This document shows, in pieces, positions 1 to 8,884 of a stretch of DNA of 64,000 nt (position 1 is the stretch's first letter; every line of letters starts with the position of its first letter). Where the stretch lies: sequence record PV159336. One strand, 5' to 3'. The stretch is from Escherichia phage W22. The notes beneath the pieces are model-generated. The model did not search any database and was not told the origin of the DNA. It was given only the letters and a program-made list of their open reading frames with translations. Both the position numbers and the translations under genes were made by a program.

Positions 1-253
1 GAAGTAACCGACCTGCCATATCACTATATGCCTGATCTTTCTTATCAATACATGCTGCTATCATAGCTTTATGTAAATCACGAGTAGGCACACCGTCGTA
101 ACAACGTTTAACAGCTTCAAGTTCAATTTCAGACCAATTTAATTTACCAGCAGCAAACTCTGACCATTTACGAAGTTTTTCTGGATTAAATTCTTCTTTC
201 TTGCCGTTTGTTTTTGTTACATAACGGATAGATTTGCTTAGATACTGAGTCAC
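1..253 (-). CDS. nrdA: ribonucleotide reductase large subunit, N-terminal ATP-cone region (partial; rest of gene lies beyond window start)
   Basis: Manual minus-strand translation VTQYLSKSIRYVTKTNGKKEEFNPEKLRKWSEFAAGKLNWSEIELEAVKRCYDGVPTRDLHKAMIAACID matches the NrdA ATP-cone pattern (V.K.DG..E...K....AA.GL...S..EL....YDG..T.D.H..I.AA.D); GTG start at 251-253 after AGGAGAGG RBS. Confidence 0.6.
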   Translation of the reverse strand, partial: MTQYLSKSIRYVTKTNGKKEEFNPEKLRKWSEFAAGKLNWSEIELEAVKRCYDGVPTRDLHKAMIAACIDKKDQAYSDMAGRLL

Positions 254-264
254 TTCCTCTCCTA

Positions 265-525
265 TTAATTGTGCATGTTTAGAACATCTACATCATAACC
301 GCCACGCATCTCATTATATAAGCCATTTGCGTATAGAAAACCTTCAAAATGATCTATACCTTCAAAACCTTTTGCCTTTGCTTTGCGGTCTGCTTCTTGT
401 CTTTTTGGTGATAATCTTTTAGATGTATCAAGGATAACTGTTACATTGCAACCTAATGTTTCATCAAAATAGACTTCAATTTCACAGCCTTCATATTTAT
501 TACTTTCTGTCATTTGGCCTCTCAA
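265..525 (-). CDS. hypothetical protein (86 aa)
   Basis: ORF track; compact same-strand packing with neighbours. Confidence 0.4.
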   Translation of the reverse strand: MRGQMTESNKYEGCEIEVYFDETLGCNVTVILDTSKRLSPKRQEADRKAKAKGFEGIDHFEGFLYANGLYNEMRGGYDVDVLNMHN

Positions 526-936
526 TTAGAATTCAGAATCATCATCTCGTGATGGATCATGTTCATTTCCGAAGTCTTCCATTTTGATATGAGAGCTACC
601 CCAACCTGTAAAATCTTCTTCTCCAAAGTGCAAAATATCTACACCTTGATAGATTCGCTTATATTTATAGTCTTGTCGAACTGGGAAAGTATACAATGTA
701 GTATTTGCAAACACCACACGTCGATTGTTGTTACTACGAATATTAACACCACGTTCTACTGTATAATGTCCATCGGTAGACATACCAAGCATTACTAATG
801 CTGCTCGCAATGTGGTGTTATGATACTCGTGAGGAATTTTTCCTCCGTGCTTTTTAGCCATTTCTTTCCAGATCGGTGTAGCCTTAATGGTAGACATACT
901 TACGGTCGCCCAAATGGTTGTATTAATTAGTGACAT
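526..936 (-). CDS. hypothetical protein (136 aa)
   Basis: ORF track; abuts previous ORF with no gap. Confidence 0.4.
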   Translation of the reverse strand: MSLINTTIWATVSMSTIKATPIWKEMAKKHGGKIPHEYHNTTLRAALVMLGMSTDGHYTVERGVNIRSNNNRRVVFANTTLYTFPVRQDYKYKRIYQGVDILHFGEEDFTGWGSSHIKMEDFGNEHDPSRDDDSEF

Positions 937-1033
937 AAATTCTCCTTCTCTCTTTTAAGGAGAGCATAGCTCTCCTAACGTTAGCCTATACTACACGAAT
1001 CTCAATTAAAAGTCAACTATAATTTTAAGTTGA

Positions 1034-2005
1034 TCACCATTTTGTATGGTTCGTCAAAAGTTGACGATGTTGAATCCAACCACAGAAGTTTCCACTCCAC
1101 AAACGATGTTTACGATCCATATGTGTAATACCTTCTTCCCAGGAGGAAGGGAACGGAGGAATATTAATACCACCTTTCTGTTGTTTTAATCCTGACAAAT
1201 CCATTTCTTTCATTGGCGTTGCCTGGTGTTCAAACGGAGATGCATGTACCTTTTGTCCAGACAGCAAACGAGAATAGATATCCAATGCTTTATCTTTAGT
1301 ATCATTCAACTTACGATAACTTACCTGAGCGCAACAAGAAGCTGAAATAGCTTTTGCTTCGTCTTCTGTCAACATTTTCTCGTTGGAGAAGGTTTCACCC
1401 AAGAAATAACGGATCATACCAGTTTCTGGATCTCGATCACGATTAACGTAAGGTGTATGCCATTCCCCTGGGAAAAGAAGATATGGTTCAGAAGATTCAT
1501 ACAGTTTTTTAATTTCTTTAGCAAGAGCCTCAATAGTTGGATCTGCATCAGCATCTACGCGCAACCACAAGAAGTTTTCTAGCTCTGTAGTGGTTACTAC
1601 AGTCTTCATACGCTGAAATGGTTCTAGTAGGCGGTTTGCAACCTGTTTATGATAACCAGCAAGGGCAAACTCTTCTGCAAAACGTGCAGCACTTAGCGCA
1701 GCCAAGTCCCACCATTCTTTTGCAGTGTAACCTGCATCAATCAGGGCATCGTGATCTGTGCCTTTATCTTGCATACCTGGTTGGTTAGCACCAAAACGAT
1801 AAGGACGTGCTGGAGATTGCCGTACCATTTCAATCAGGGTTTTAACAGGGATAGCTCGACTTGATGCGGCATTACGAGAAAACAAACGATGCGTCATCAA
1901 TTCAGAGTGAATGATTCGAGGATATTCAAGTTCAAAGGTAACAATATCCTTACCTTCGGATGTTTGAGAGTGTGCAATAATTTTTGCTGAAATAGAATTT
2001 GTCAT
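1034..2005 (-). CDS. thyX: flavin-dependent thymidylate synthase ThyX
   Basis: 323 aa; ThyX signature RHR....S present as MTHRLFSRNAASSRAIP. Confidence 0.85.
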   Translation of the reverse strand: MTNSISAKIIAHSQTSEGKDIVTFELEYPRIIHSELMTHRLFSRNAASSRAIPVKTLIEMVRQSPARPYRFGANQPGMQDKGTDHDALIDAGYTAKEWWDLAALSAARFAEEFALAGYHKQVANRLLEPFQRMKTVVTTTELENFLWLRVDADADPTIEALAKEIKKLYESSEPYLLFPGEWHTPYVNRDRDPETGMIRYFLGETFSNEKMLTEDEAKAISASCCAQVSYRKLNDTKDKALDIYSRLLSGQKVHASPFEHQATPMKEMDLSGLKQQKGGINIPPFPSSWEEGITHMDRKHRLWSGNFCGWIQHRQLLTNHTKW

Positions 2006-2014
2006 TATTTCTCC

Positions 2015-2605
2015 TTAAGGTAGTAAAATACTTTCAATTTCTTCCCACTGATTATCTAAACCAGTGATAATTACATTAGGAAGTTTCTTTAACTCTTCCA
2101 AATATGGATCTTCGTAAATAGTGTTGAAATATATTTTCAACGTTTCATCTGGAAACAGGACAAGATTTTCAGCCCTATCGTCAATAGTTACATCGCAAGG
2201 TAATAAGTATTTTTCTTTTGTTGCGAAAAAACCATTACCAGATGTTCTACTAAAATCCACTTTATCTAAAGATCGTGTTACGTGTCTATATTTAGAACTA
2301 AGGTGTCCACCCTTAGTGTGACTCGCTATAGATATATTAGCTCCATTTGCAATTATACGATGAACAACATCTGTACTATTAGGTACTACTCCCATAGTAT
2401 CATATAGATGTTGGTTATCCCAAAAAGAGTAAGGATCTACACCAAATTGCTTTTTAAAATCAGGGAAATATTTCGTAATATCATAGTGCACAGTTTTATG
2501 TGTCTTATCAAATTTGATATTAGATCTACTTACCGCATTTAACCAATTTAACCATTCTATATCCGCTGGAGCTATTACTAAATCCCAATCACATACTAGA
2601 CGCAT
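2015..2605 (-). CDS. hypothetical protein in nucleotide-metabolism neighbourhood (start trimmed to internal ATG with AGGAG RBS)
   Basis: ORF track gives 2015..2719; the Met at 2603-2605 is preceded by ATAACAGGAGAAATA and removes most of the overlap with tdk. Confidence 0.45.
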   Translation of the reverse strand: MRLVCDWDLVIAPADIEWLNWLNAVSRSNIKFDKTHKTVHYDITKYFPDFKKQFGVDPYSFWDNQHLYDTMGVVPNSTDVVHRIIANGANISIASHTKGGHLSSKYRHVTRSLDKVDFSRTSGNGFFATKEKYLLPCDVTIDDRAENLVLFPDETLKIYFNTIYEDPYLEELKKLPNVIITGLDNQWEEIESILLP

Positions 2606-3152
2606 TATTTCTCCTGTTATAACATTTTCTACACATTGTTTCGTAAATGTCTTCTCCTCCAATAACAATCTGTTCTTTAGAGTCGATAAGTCTAGCATTG
2701 AAAATAGCTTTTCTTCCACATTTACAAATGCTTTTCAATTCTGTAATTGAATCTGCTATGGCTAATAACCGTTCAGAACCTTCAAACAATTCTGTAGCAA
2801 AATCTGTTTTAAGTCCATAGCAGAATACAGGAATATCGTAATTATCTACCACATCTCCAAGAATGTCAACCATATCTTTAGTTAGGAATTGTGATTCGTC
2901 CACAAATACTGCATCTACGGGATTTTCTTTAAGTTGTGTATAAATTTCCAGCATATCTTCTTTTGTTTTAACTGGTTTTGCTTCCTCTTTAATACCTATC
3001 CTGGAAGCAATAGCACCACCAGATCTGGTATCTAAAGCTGAAGTTAAAAGAAGAACTTTCATATTTCTTTCTTTATAGTTCCAAGCTGTTTGTAGAAGAT
3101 GTGTGCTTTTACCACTGTTCATCGGACTATATCGGAAATAAAGTTTAGCCAT
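2589..3152 (-). CDS. tdk: thymidine kinase
   Basis: 187 aa; P-loop MNSGKST near N-terminus; C-terminal Cys cluster CKCG...CRKC typical of Tdk zinc ribbon. Confidence 0.85.
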   Translation of the reverse strand: MAKLYFRYSPMNSGKSTHLLQTAWNYKERNMKVLLLTSALDTRSGGAIASRIGIKEEAKPVKTKEDMLEIYTQLKENPVDAVFVDESQFLTKDMVDILGDVVDNYDIPVFCYGLKTDFATELFEGSERLLAIADSITELKSICKCGRKAIFNARLIDSKEQIVIGGEDIYETMCRKCYNRRNNASSM

Positions 3153-3197
3153 ATTTTCTCCTCTAACGCTCCCGTTTGTGGGAGCGATAATACTTTA

Positions 3198-3773
3198 TTA
3201 TTTCTCTTCGTCAAGAAGAATTTTTACTATTTGTTTTCTTCGCTTACTTACTGTACTTTCTGGTGAAATTCCGCGCTTCGTTAGCCAATTTTTATCCTTT
3301 TTAGACTGGCATAAAGCTATCGCTTCCTTCTCCGCTTTTGCTTCCCTGAATGTCATATCGTGCTTGTCAGCATAAGCCAAGATAGCGTTACACTGCTTAC
3401 AAACTACACGCAGGTCGTCTTCTGTTACATACAATAGGCGTAAAACAAAACTTGGGATATCTTCATAACAGGTTAATGTACCTGCTGCATTAATATGGTC
3501 TACTTGAAAGTCTTTCATACCTCCTGTATGTCCACACAATTCACATTGACAATTCCAAACCTGTTTCGGTTTGCCTGTTTTCTTATCTAAAACTACATTG
3601 CCATCTTTATCCAACCTATCGGCTTTAAATCGTACAGATTGGATCTTTTTTATCTTATTCGGGTGTCTCACCCATGCTTTCCTTAAGCAGCCCCTTAAAT
3701 ATGTATAAAAGGCTGCTTGAGTTTTCCAAGGTGTTCCATCTCCCCAAATAACTTTAGGTTCTTTATTTTCCAA
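3198..3773 (-). CDS. HNH endonuclease
   Basis: 191 aa; CQCELCGH...FQVDHINAAG...CKQCN matches the HNH Zn-finger / DH catalytic motif arrangement. Confidence 0.6.
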   Translation of the reverse strand: MENKEPKVIWGDGTPWKTQAAFYTYLRGCLRKAWVRHPNKIKKIQSVRFKADRLDKDGNVVLDKKTGKPKQVWNCQCELCGHTGGMKDFQVDHINAAGTLTCYEDIPSFVLRLLYVTEDDLRVVCKQCNAILAYADKHDMTFREAKAEKEAIALCQSKKDKNWLTKRGISPESTVSKRRKQIVKILLDEEK

Positions 3774-3957
3774 TAGTGCTCACCTTTTTAGCTACATAAT
3801 CTCCAGGTGGAATGTTATATTTAAAGAAAAGCATACGGTCTAAACCAGCCTTACACATGTTTTCTGGGATTGTGATTGTATATAGGAGTTTATCTCCACG
3901 TTTATTGTATATTTTATATACTTCACCCTCTCCGTATTGTTTACCATGAGAAGCCAT
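3763..3957 (-). CDS. hypothetical protein (64 aa)
   Basis: ORF track. Confidence 0.35.
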   Translation of the reverse strand: MASHGKQYGEGEVYKIYNKRGDKLLYTITIPENMCKAGLDRMLFFKYNIPPGDYVAKKVSTIGK

Positions 3958-4342
3958 CTACACTCTCCTTCAATTGTTCAATAGCATCTGCTGCTTCAAT
4001 ATACTTACCTCTATACATTGCTTTTAAAGCCTTACGAACAAGATCATCGTCCGTGTATAAATCAATTAGCTGATTAGCTAACTCAATTTTTACAGGATTT
4101 TTTAAGTTAGGGTAGGCTTCATACAACATATTGTAATATTTATCACTCAATTCTTTTTCAATATGAATAACGTGAATTGCTTTGTTTAGGTTGATCACAC
4201 GATCACCTTTGTTTCGACAAGCATACTTAGCTAACTTAGTGAAACAAGGAGTTGCACCAATTAGATATGCAAGTTCCAAAGGTTGCATACGCATACGTTT
4301 GTAGTGATCACCATCAATTTGAATATCCAGTGCTGTAGTCAT
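3941..4342 (-). CDS. hypothetical protein (133 aa)
   Basis: ORF track; preceded by hairpin terminator of upstream gene. Confidence 0.4.
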   Translation of the reverse strand: MTTALDIQIDGDHYKRMRMQPLELAYLIGATPCFTKLAKYACRNKGDRVINLNKAIHVIHIEKELSDKYYNMLYEAYPNLKNPVKIELANQLIDLYTDDDLVRKALKAMYRGKYIEAADAIEQLKESVDGFSW

Positions 4343-4351
4343 AAATCCTCC

Positions 4352-4380
4352 AAAAATAAAGGGGCTTTCGCCCCTTTTTA
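4352..4380 (-). terminator. rho-independent terminator
   Basis: AAAGGGGC-TTTCG-CCCCTTTTTATT between exonuclease gene end and next gene. Confidence 0.5.
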
Positions 4381-5343
4381 TTAAATTCCAATAACAGTGT
4401 TTACACGCTTCTCTTTGCTACGTAAATTAACACGTCCACGAGACAGGCTATTACAGGATGTGCATCTTAGCACTTGGAATGTACTAACCGCTGTTGTGTA
4501 AACCTTACCAGGAACAACTTCAAGGTGCTCTTTACCGCAACGAGGACAACGAAGTTTTTCATCGTCATAGAATGCAGATACGTTAGGATGTTGTGGAATC
4601 CACGCACGAAGTTTGATGTAAAGATCTCTAAGAGAAACAACATCACCATCGTTGTATGTTTGCATACGGAAGAAGGCGTGTCTGTCTCCTTCACAACATG
4701 CTTTCCACAAAGGAAAACCTTCATTATCAAGTTTAAAGTTTTCTGTATCAAAATACAAACACATTTCTTTAAGCGCATTAGAAGGTAGTGCAAACTGCTT
4801 CTTAGCTGCCTTGAGTGTATCAATCACAACATAGTGTGATGGTGGCTCCATACCGTGAAAAGCAAAACGTTGGTTAATATAAGCCTTATCAAACTTAATA
4901 CCGTTGTGTGCGATCACAATATCTGCATCGTCAAGCAAGTGCCACAGATCTTGACATAATTCCCAATCATCTGTATGATCTATGTCAAACAGAGGGTAAT
5001 TGCTAAGGTTCTTACCTTCTACTTCTCCTGTTTCTAAATCAGCAGATGAATAGGAAAGCAAGTAACCTCGACGAATAACTTGTTCAGGTGCAATAAAGGC
5101 TTTGAAACGTGAGAAGCTATACACAATCTCCGGTGCTGTCTCTACGTCAATAATTTTAATTACTGGCCCACCTTTATCTTGCGGAGCACCGCGATGTGGT
5201 GAATTTACACGAGCTAAGTAATCATTTACTGTGCTCTTCTTAGTAGAACTTCCCAACACCTCTTGTGCAATCTTACGCGAAGAATAACCTTGTGCTTTCA
5301 TAGATACAATCAAGGCTTTCTGTTCGTCTGTTAATTTACTCAA
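4381..5343 (-). CDS. DnaQ-like (DEDD) 3'-5' exonuclease with N-terminal helix-turn-helix
   Basis: 320 aa; exo motifs IIDVETAP, HNGIKFDKAY, YNDGDV; C-terminal CPRCG...CTSCN zinc ribbon. Confidence 0.6.
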   Translation of the reverse strand: MSKLTDEQKALIVSMKAQGYSSRKIAQEVLGSSTKKSTVNDYLARVNSPHRGAPQDKGGPVIKIIDVETAPEIVYSFSRFKAFIAPEQVIRRGYLLSYSSADLETGEVEGKNLSNYPLFDIDHTDDWELCQDLWHLLDDADIVIAHNGIKFDKAYINQRFAFHGMEPPSHYVVIDTLKAAKKQFALPSNALKEMCLYFDTENFKLDNEGFPLWKACCEGDRHAFFRMQTYNDGDVVSLRDLYIKLRAWIPQHPNVSAFYDDEKLRCPRCGKEHLEVVPGKVYTTAVSTFQVLRCTSCNSLSRGRVNLRSKEKRVNTVIGI

Positions 5344-6374
5344 TGTTCCTCCTGCTCTGAAATATATGCTTGTAGCATACTTTCAAAAGTTGTTTCATCA
5401 TTCGCCCAACGTTTCATATATACCAACTGAAAAATTGTCTCTATCCATTCGTCAGTTGTCATCTCTACTTCTTCACCATCCCAAGAAGTAAATTTAACGC
5501 CATCTGGGAACCATTCATAATACTGATCTTTAACTGTCTGAAAAAGTTCAGCCTGTGTTTTACATTTGGAAATAAGATTAAAGCAAGTAATATCTCCAAA
5601 CTTAACATCGAAATCTTGGTAAGGTCGAATACTATCTGTCTTATCGCCCATTAACATTTGATAAGCTAACCAGTAACTACCCCAACCCTTAATTTCTTTT
5701 TTCTTACCTTTTTCTACGATCCAGATATCACCGATAGATTCATCAATCAGAATAATGCAAGGATTTTTATAAACACCATCCTCTTTATAAAAGTTAAAGA
5801 GTAAACTTGGTGTGTGCAAGCTATCTTTGTCGATAGATGCTACAATATGAGAAAACTTACCAGTTTCCTTGTAGGCTTTATACCCTGCATATCCATAGAT
5901 TTCTAAAGCATCATCTGCCTCAATACCAGTAACAACGTCACCGTTATGTTTTTCAACTAGATAATCTTTAGTATCTGATAAATGGATTGGTCTTAAATCT
6001 GATCGTTCTGATTTATATTCTTTTGGCATTTTGAAAGAATGCCGGAAGGTTTTTCCTACCCCGATGACACCGCAATACTTTTGAAGTTTTAGGTGATCCA
6101 TCATCTGGGTTATTTTTGTCTTTGCAGCTTGAAACGTAAAAGAAATATTATCTGGGACTATTTGAACATCTTTTATTTCAAAATCTTCTCTAGAGAACAA
6201 CTTCTTACCAGCAGCTTCGCGTTGCGCGTTAAGTGCTCCTAACCATCCTCCAATATTTTTTGAAGATTTACCCCAAAAATCTGTTCTTGTTTCAAACTCT
6301 TTTACATTACCGGAAGCCTTATGTACAGCGTGGATTTTTCTTTGTTCTAAAGCTGAAGATGCTTGGAACGCCAC
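5340..6374 (-). CDS. hypothetical protein (344 aa), possibly nuclease-like
   Basis: ORF track; Asp/Glu-rich patches (GIEADDALEIYGY, ILIDES) but no firm motif. Confidence 0.4.
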   Translation of the reverse strand: MAFQASSALEQRKIHAVHKASGNVKEFETRTDFWGKSSKNIGGWLGALNAQREAAGKKLFSREDFEIKDVQIVPDNISFTFQAAKTKITQMMDHLKLQKYCGVIGVGKTFRHSFKMPKEYKSERSDLRPIHLSDTKDYLVEKHNGDVVTGIEADDALEIYGYAGYKAYKETGKFSHIVASIDKDSLHTPSLLFNFYKEDGVYKNPCIILIDESIGDIWIVEKGKKKEIKGWGSYWLAYQMLMGDKTDSIRPYQDFDVKFGDITCFNLISKCKTQAELFQTVKDQYYEWFPDGVKFTSWDGEEVEMTTDEWIETIFQLVYMKRWANDETTFESMLQAYISEQEEH

Positions 6375-6466
6375 TTGATCGTAGTCTATTGCAAGAATTG
6401 TGTTCTCGTCAACATATTTGTGCAGGTCTTCCGGTTGGATTAAAATGTAACCGCTAATATTACCTC

Positions 6467-6679
6467 CTATTCATCATCTGAACTCTCTGTTGAGAATGTT
6501 CGTGTGTAGGGACACTGACGACTTGCAGAAACCTCTATAACCTTGTCGTACATACCGTTAGAGTAAAAACAGTATTTTGTACTTCCAGAAACTTGTTCTC
6601 CAGAATTAATTAAAGTTATTTGACCAGCATAAGAATAAGAACTGATTACTAAAAGTAAACCGACAAGAAGTTTTTTCAT
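6467..6679 (-). CDS. small secreted protein (signal peptide, 2 Cys)
   Basis: 70 aa; MKKLLVGLLLVISSYSYA|GQ looks like a Sec signal peptide with AxA-type cleavage site. Confidence 0.45.
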   Translation of the reverse strand: MKKLLVGLLLVISSYSYAGQITLINSGEQVSGSTKYCFYSNGMYDKVIEVSASRQCPYTRTFSTESSDDE

Positions 6680-6753
6680 GGTGTGTCTCCTTAAAAGCCC
6701 ACCTAACTAAGTAGGTAGGCATATTAACACATATTAAATTAGTAAGTCAAGTA

Positions 6754-7638
6754 TTATTTTTGAATAGTTGACTTGATAAGGTCTTGCATAATACCACGGA
6801 TTTCGTTAAAGCACAGAAGGACAGATGCTTCAAAAGATCCTTCTTCATCATTAAAGTATTTAGGGAATTTAATACCACTCAACTTAAATTCTTTATCAAC
6901 AATAAAGTTAACGAAACCGTCATATTCCAGGCCAATGGCAACAACGTGCTTACCATCTTCCATAAGTTCTACTGCACGAGATTCATAAAGGGACTCTTTA
7001 CTCCATACAACCACACCTTCCGAATCTTCAAGTTTAATATAATTACCCAGGGTCAGTCGTTCAGCCTCATGTTCTTCTAAGATGGTATCAAAACCTTTAA
7101 TAATGGCTTCTTCGTGTACACTAAACGGCAGAACTGGGAAAGTACCCAACACCTCACGAAGAAATACAGCAATATCTTCACTAATTTTCTTAGTACCATT
7201 AAGAACATAGGTAATACTGTTTTCAGTGTCTACAACAACATAGTTATAGAAATCATCTGCCTCTGTTTCTGGGAGCAGAGAAAACACAATATCAGCCTCA
7301 ATTGCTTTTTTGCTTTCTTTGTCCAAGAAGAACTCTTTAGTAGGATTTGCAGCAATAAACTCTTGTTCCATCTCCTGGAGTTTTTCATTAAGAATGCGTT
7401 TAACTTTCTTCTTATTAACTTTCTTAACAGACTGCCCTACTTTAATAACCTCTAAACCAGAAAACACTTTTACATAGGAACCATCATCTTCAAAACGAAC
7501 AAGACCAATGGTATGTGCTTGTTGCCCCTGTGCCACAACAAAATCCAGCGGTTTGTCTGTTACTGTGTTCAGTGCTGAAATAGACAGACCATCACCAGAA
7601 ATCAGGGTTACGCAAGATTTGAAATTTTTAGCAAACAT
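6754..7638 (-). CDS. rdgC: RdgC-like recombination-associated protein
   Basis: About 294 aa; central block SLLPETEADDFYNYVVVDTENSITYVLNG...FLREVLGTFPVLPFS parallels E. coli RdgC SLLPRAF..WIDTVNGLIMVD...LLRKSLGSLPVVPLS; start set at ATG 7636-7638 with GAGGAG RBS. Confidence 0.55.
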   Translation of the reverse strand: MFAKNFKSCVTLISGDGLSISALNTVTDKPLDFVVAQGQQAHTIGLVRFEDDGSYVKVFSGLEVIKVGQSVKKVNKKKVKRILNEKLQEMEQEFIAANPTKEFFLDKESKKAIEADIVFSLLPETEADDFYNYVVVDTENSITYVLNGTKKISEDIAVFLREVLGTFPVLPFSVHEEAIIKGFDTILEEHEAERLTLGNYIKLEDSEGVVVWSKESLYESRAVELMEDGKHVVAIGLEYDGFVNFIVDKEFKLSGIKFPKYFNDEEGSFEASVLLCFNEIRGIMQDLIKSTIQK

Positions 7639-7648
7639 AGTTTTCTCC

Positions 7649-7927
7649 TCAAATAACAACTACAAAATATTTTACACCATCATATTCGACAATATGATCA
7701 GGATATTTAAATCCTTTATAAGATTTACCAAACAGACTAACAGCTTCATTAGCTTTGTTTTGCGGATTACTCAACCACTGTTCTTCTGTGTAAAACTTAA
7801 ATTCTGTTCTCTTACCTTCTTTTTCTAAACCAACAATTTCCTGTGTGATATCTTCAATACCTGCATTCTTCAAGGATTTGATTACCTGACGCAAACCGTG
7901 TTTAAAGATATCTTCTGCTGTTAACAT
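7649..7927 (-). CDS. hypothetical protein (92 aa)
   Basis: ORF track. Confidence 0.4.
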   Translation of the reverse strand: MLTAEDIFKHGLRQVIKSLKNAGIEDITQEIVGLEKEGKRTEFKFYTEEQWLSNPQNKANEAVSLFGKSYKGFKYPDHIVEYDGVKYFVVVI

Positions 7928-7929
7928 AA

Positions 7930-7960
7930 TACCTCCAATAAGCCCCCGAAGGGGCTTTAT
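7930..7960 (-). terminator. hairpin terminator downstream of the MazG-like gene
   Basis: AGCCCC-CGAA-GGGGCT hairpin flanked by A/T. Confidence 0.45.
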
Positions 7961-7963
7961 TTC

Positions 7964-8686
7964 TTAAGCAATGATTGCTGCGATATTAGGTTTAACAAAG
8001 GTAGATGGTTTCATAATTTTACCTTTGTCATCAAAGAATACGTACACCTTTTGAACTTCGTTATATACAGCATGTACCCCAGTATAAGAACCTTCTGCAC
8101 GATCTTTGCTTCGCATCTCGATAGCATCACATTCTTTTTCAAGAGCTTCAATAATATCCTTAGTTTCCCAAATAGCCAGGAGTTGCTTTTTGGTAGGATA
8201 CTTGGACTCATTGCTATTCAACACTTCACGCATAACCTTCTTCTCGTTATAAACAGAACGCACCAAAGTATCTCGTGCCATACGTGTAAGTGTAAGAGAC
8301 ATTAGGGCAAATTGCAAGTCATTTTCTACCATTTTATCAAATTCAATGATAACATCGTAGATGTTTTCTGCCAGAACATCTCCTGTCGGCATTTCCAGAG
8401 CTTTATCAACACCTTCTTTACCAAAGAACATAAACGCCAGGTAGGATGCTACCACAAAAATATCTGCTGCTGCATCAAGTAATTCAACGTGATCATTTTC
8501 CTGTGCTGCTGCTTGGAACTCTTTTAGTTCTTCTCGTACAAAAGAAAGTTGAGCTTCAAACATCTCTTGAGTAAATTCTGGGGTTACGCCACCACGTGCC
8601 TTAGCATTCCAAGCAACAATTTGATCGGCAGCTTTGATAAAGAAGCTATTGTCCACTTTTACTTGTTTGAAAAAATTCTCGATCAT
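7964..8686 (-). CDS. MazG-like nucleoside triphosphate pyrophosphohydrolase
   Basis: 240 aa; EELKEFQAAAQENDHVELLDAAADIF matches the MazG E..E...E..D metal-binding helix pattern. Confidence 0.5.
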   Translation of the reverse strand: MIENFFKQVKVDNSFFIKAADQIVAWNAKARGGVTPEFTQEMFEAQLSFVREELKEFQAAAQENDHVELLDAAADIFVVASYLAFMFFGKEGVDKALEMPTGDVLAENIYDVIIEFDKMVENDLQFALMSLTLTRMARDTLVRSVYNEKKVMREVLNSNESKYPTKKQLLAIWETKDIIEALEKECDAIEMRSKDRAEGSYTGVHAVYNEVQKVYVFFDDKGKIMKPSTFVKPNIAAIIA

Positions 8687-8884
8687 TGTTTCTCCTTATT
8701 TAAAATATTGTTCTAACAAAACACTAATGCGAACTACCGATTCGCCCATATACGCCCCAGCACAGAGGAAAACAACAAATCTACAAAAATTGCAGTACCA
8801 TTTGTTCACTGGAAACGAGGCTAACATTATAATTGCAATAGCAATTAACATCATAAGAACTGTTACTAATACCATATTTACCTC

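Noticed and set aside
559-798. Plus-strand 79-aa ORF inside the 526-936 minus-strand gene, and many similar antisense ORFs listed in the track
   Set aside because: Embedded antisense in longer, better-supported CDSs with low-complexity translations and no RBS
2015-2719. Full-length 234-aa version of the ORF downstream of tdk
   Set aside because: Would overlap tdk by 131 nt; the internal ATG at 2603-2605 has a clear AGGAG RBS, so the shorter form was called
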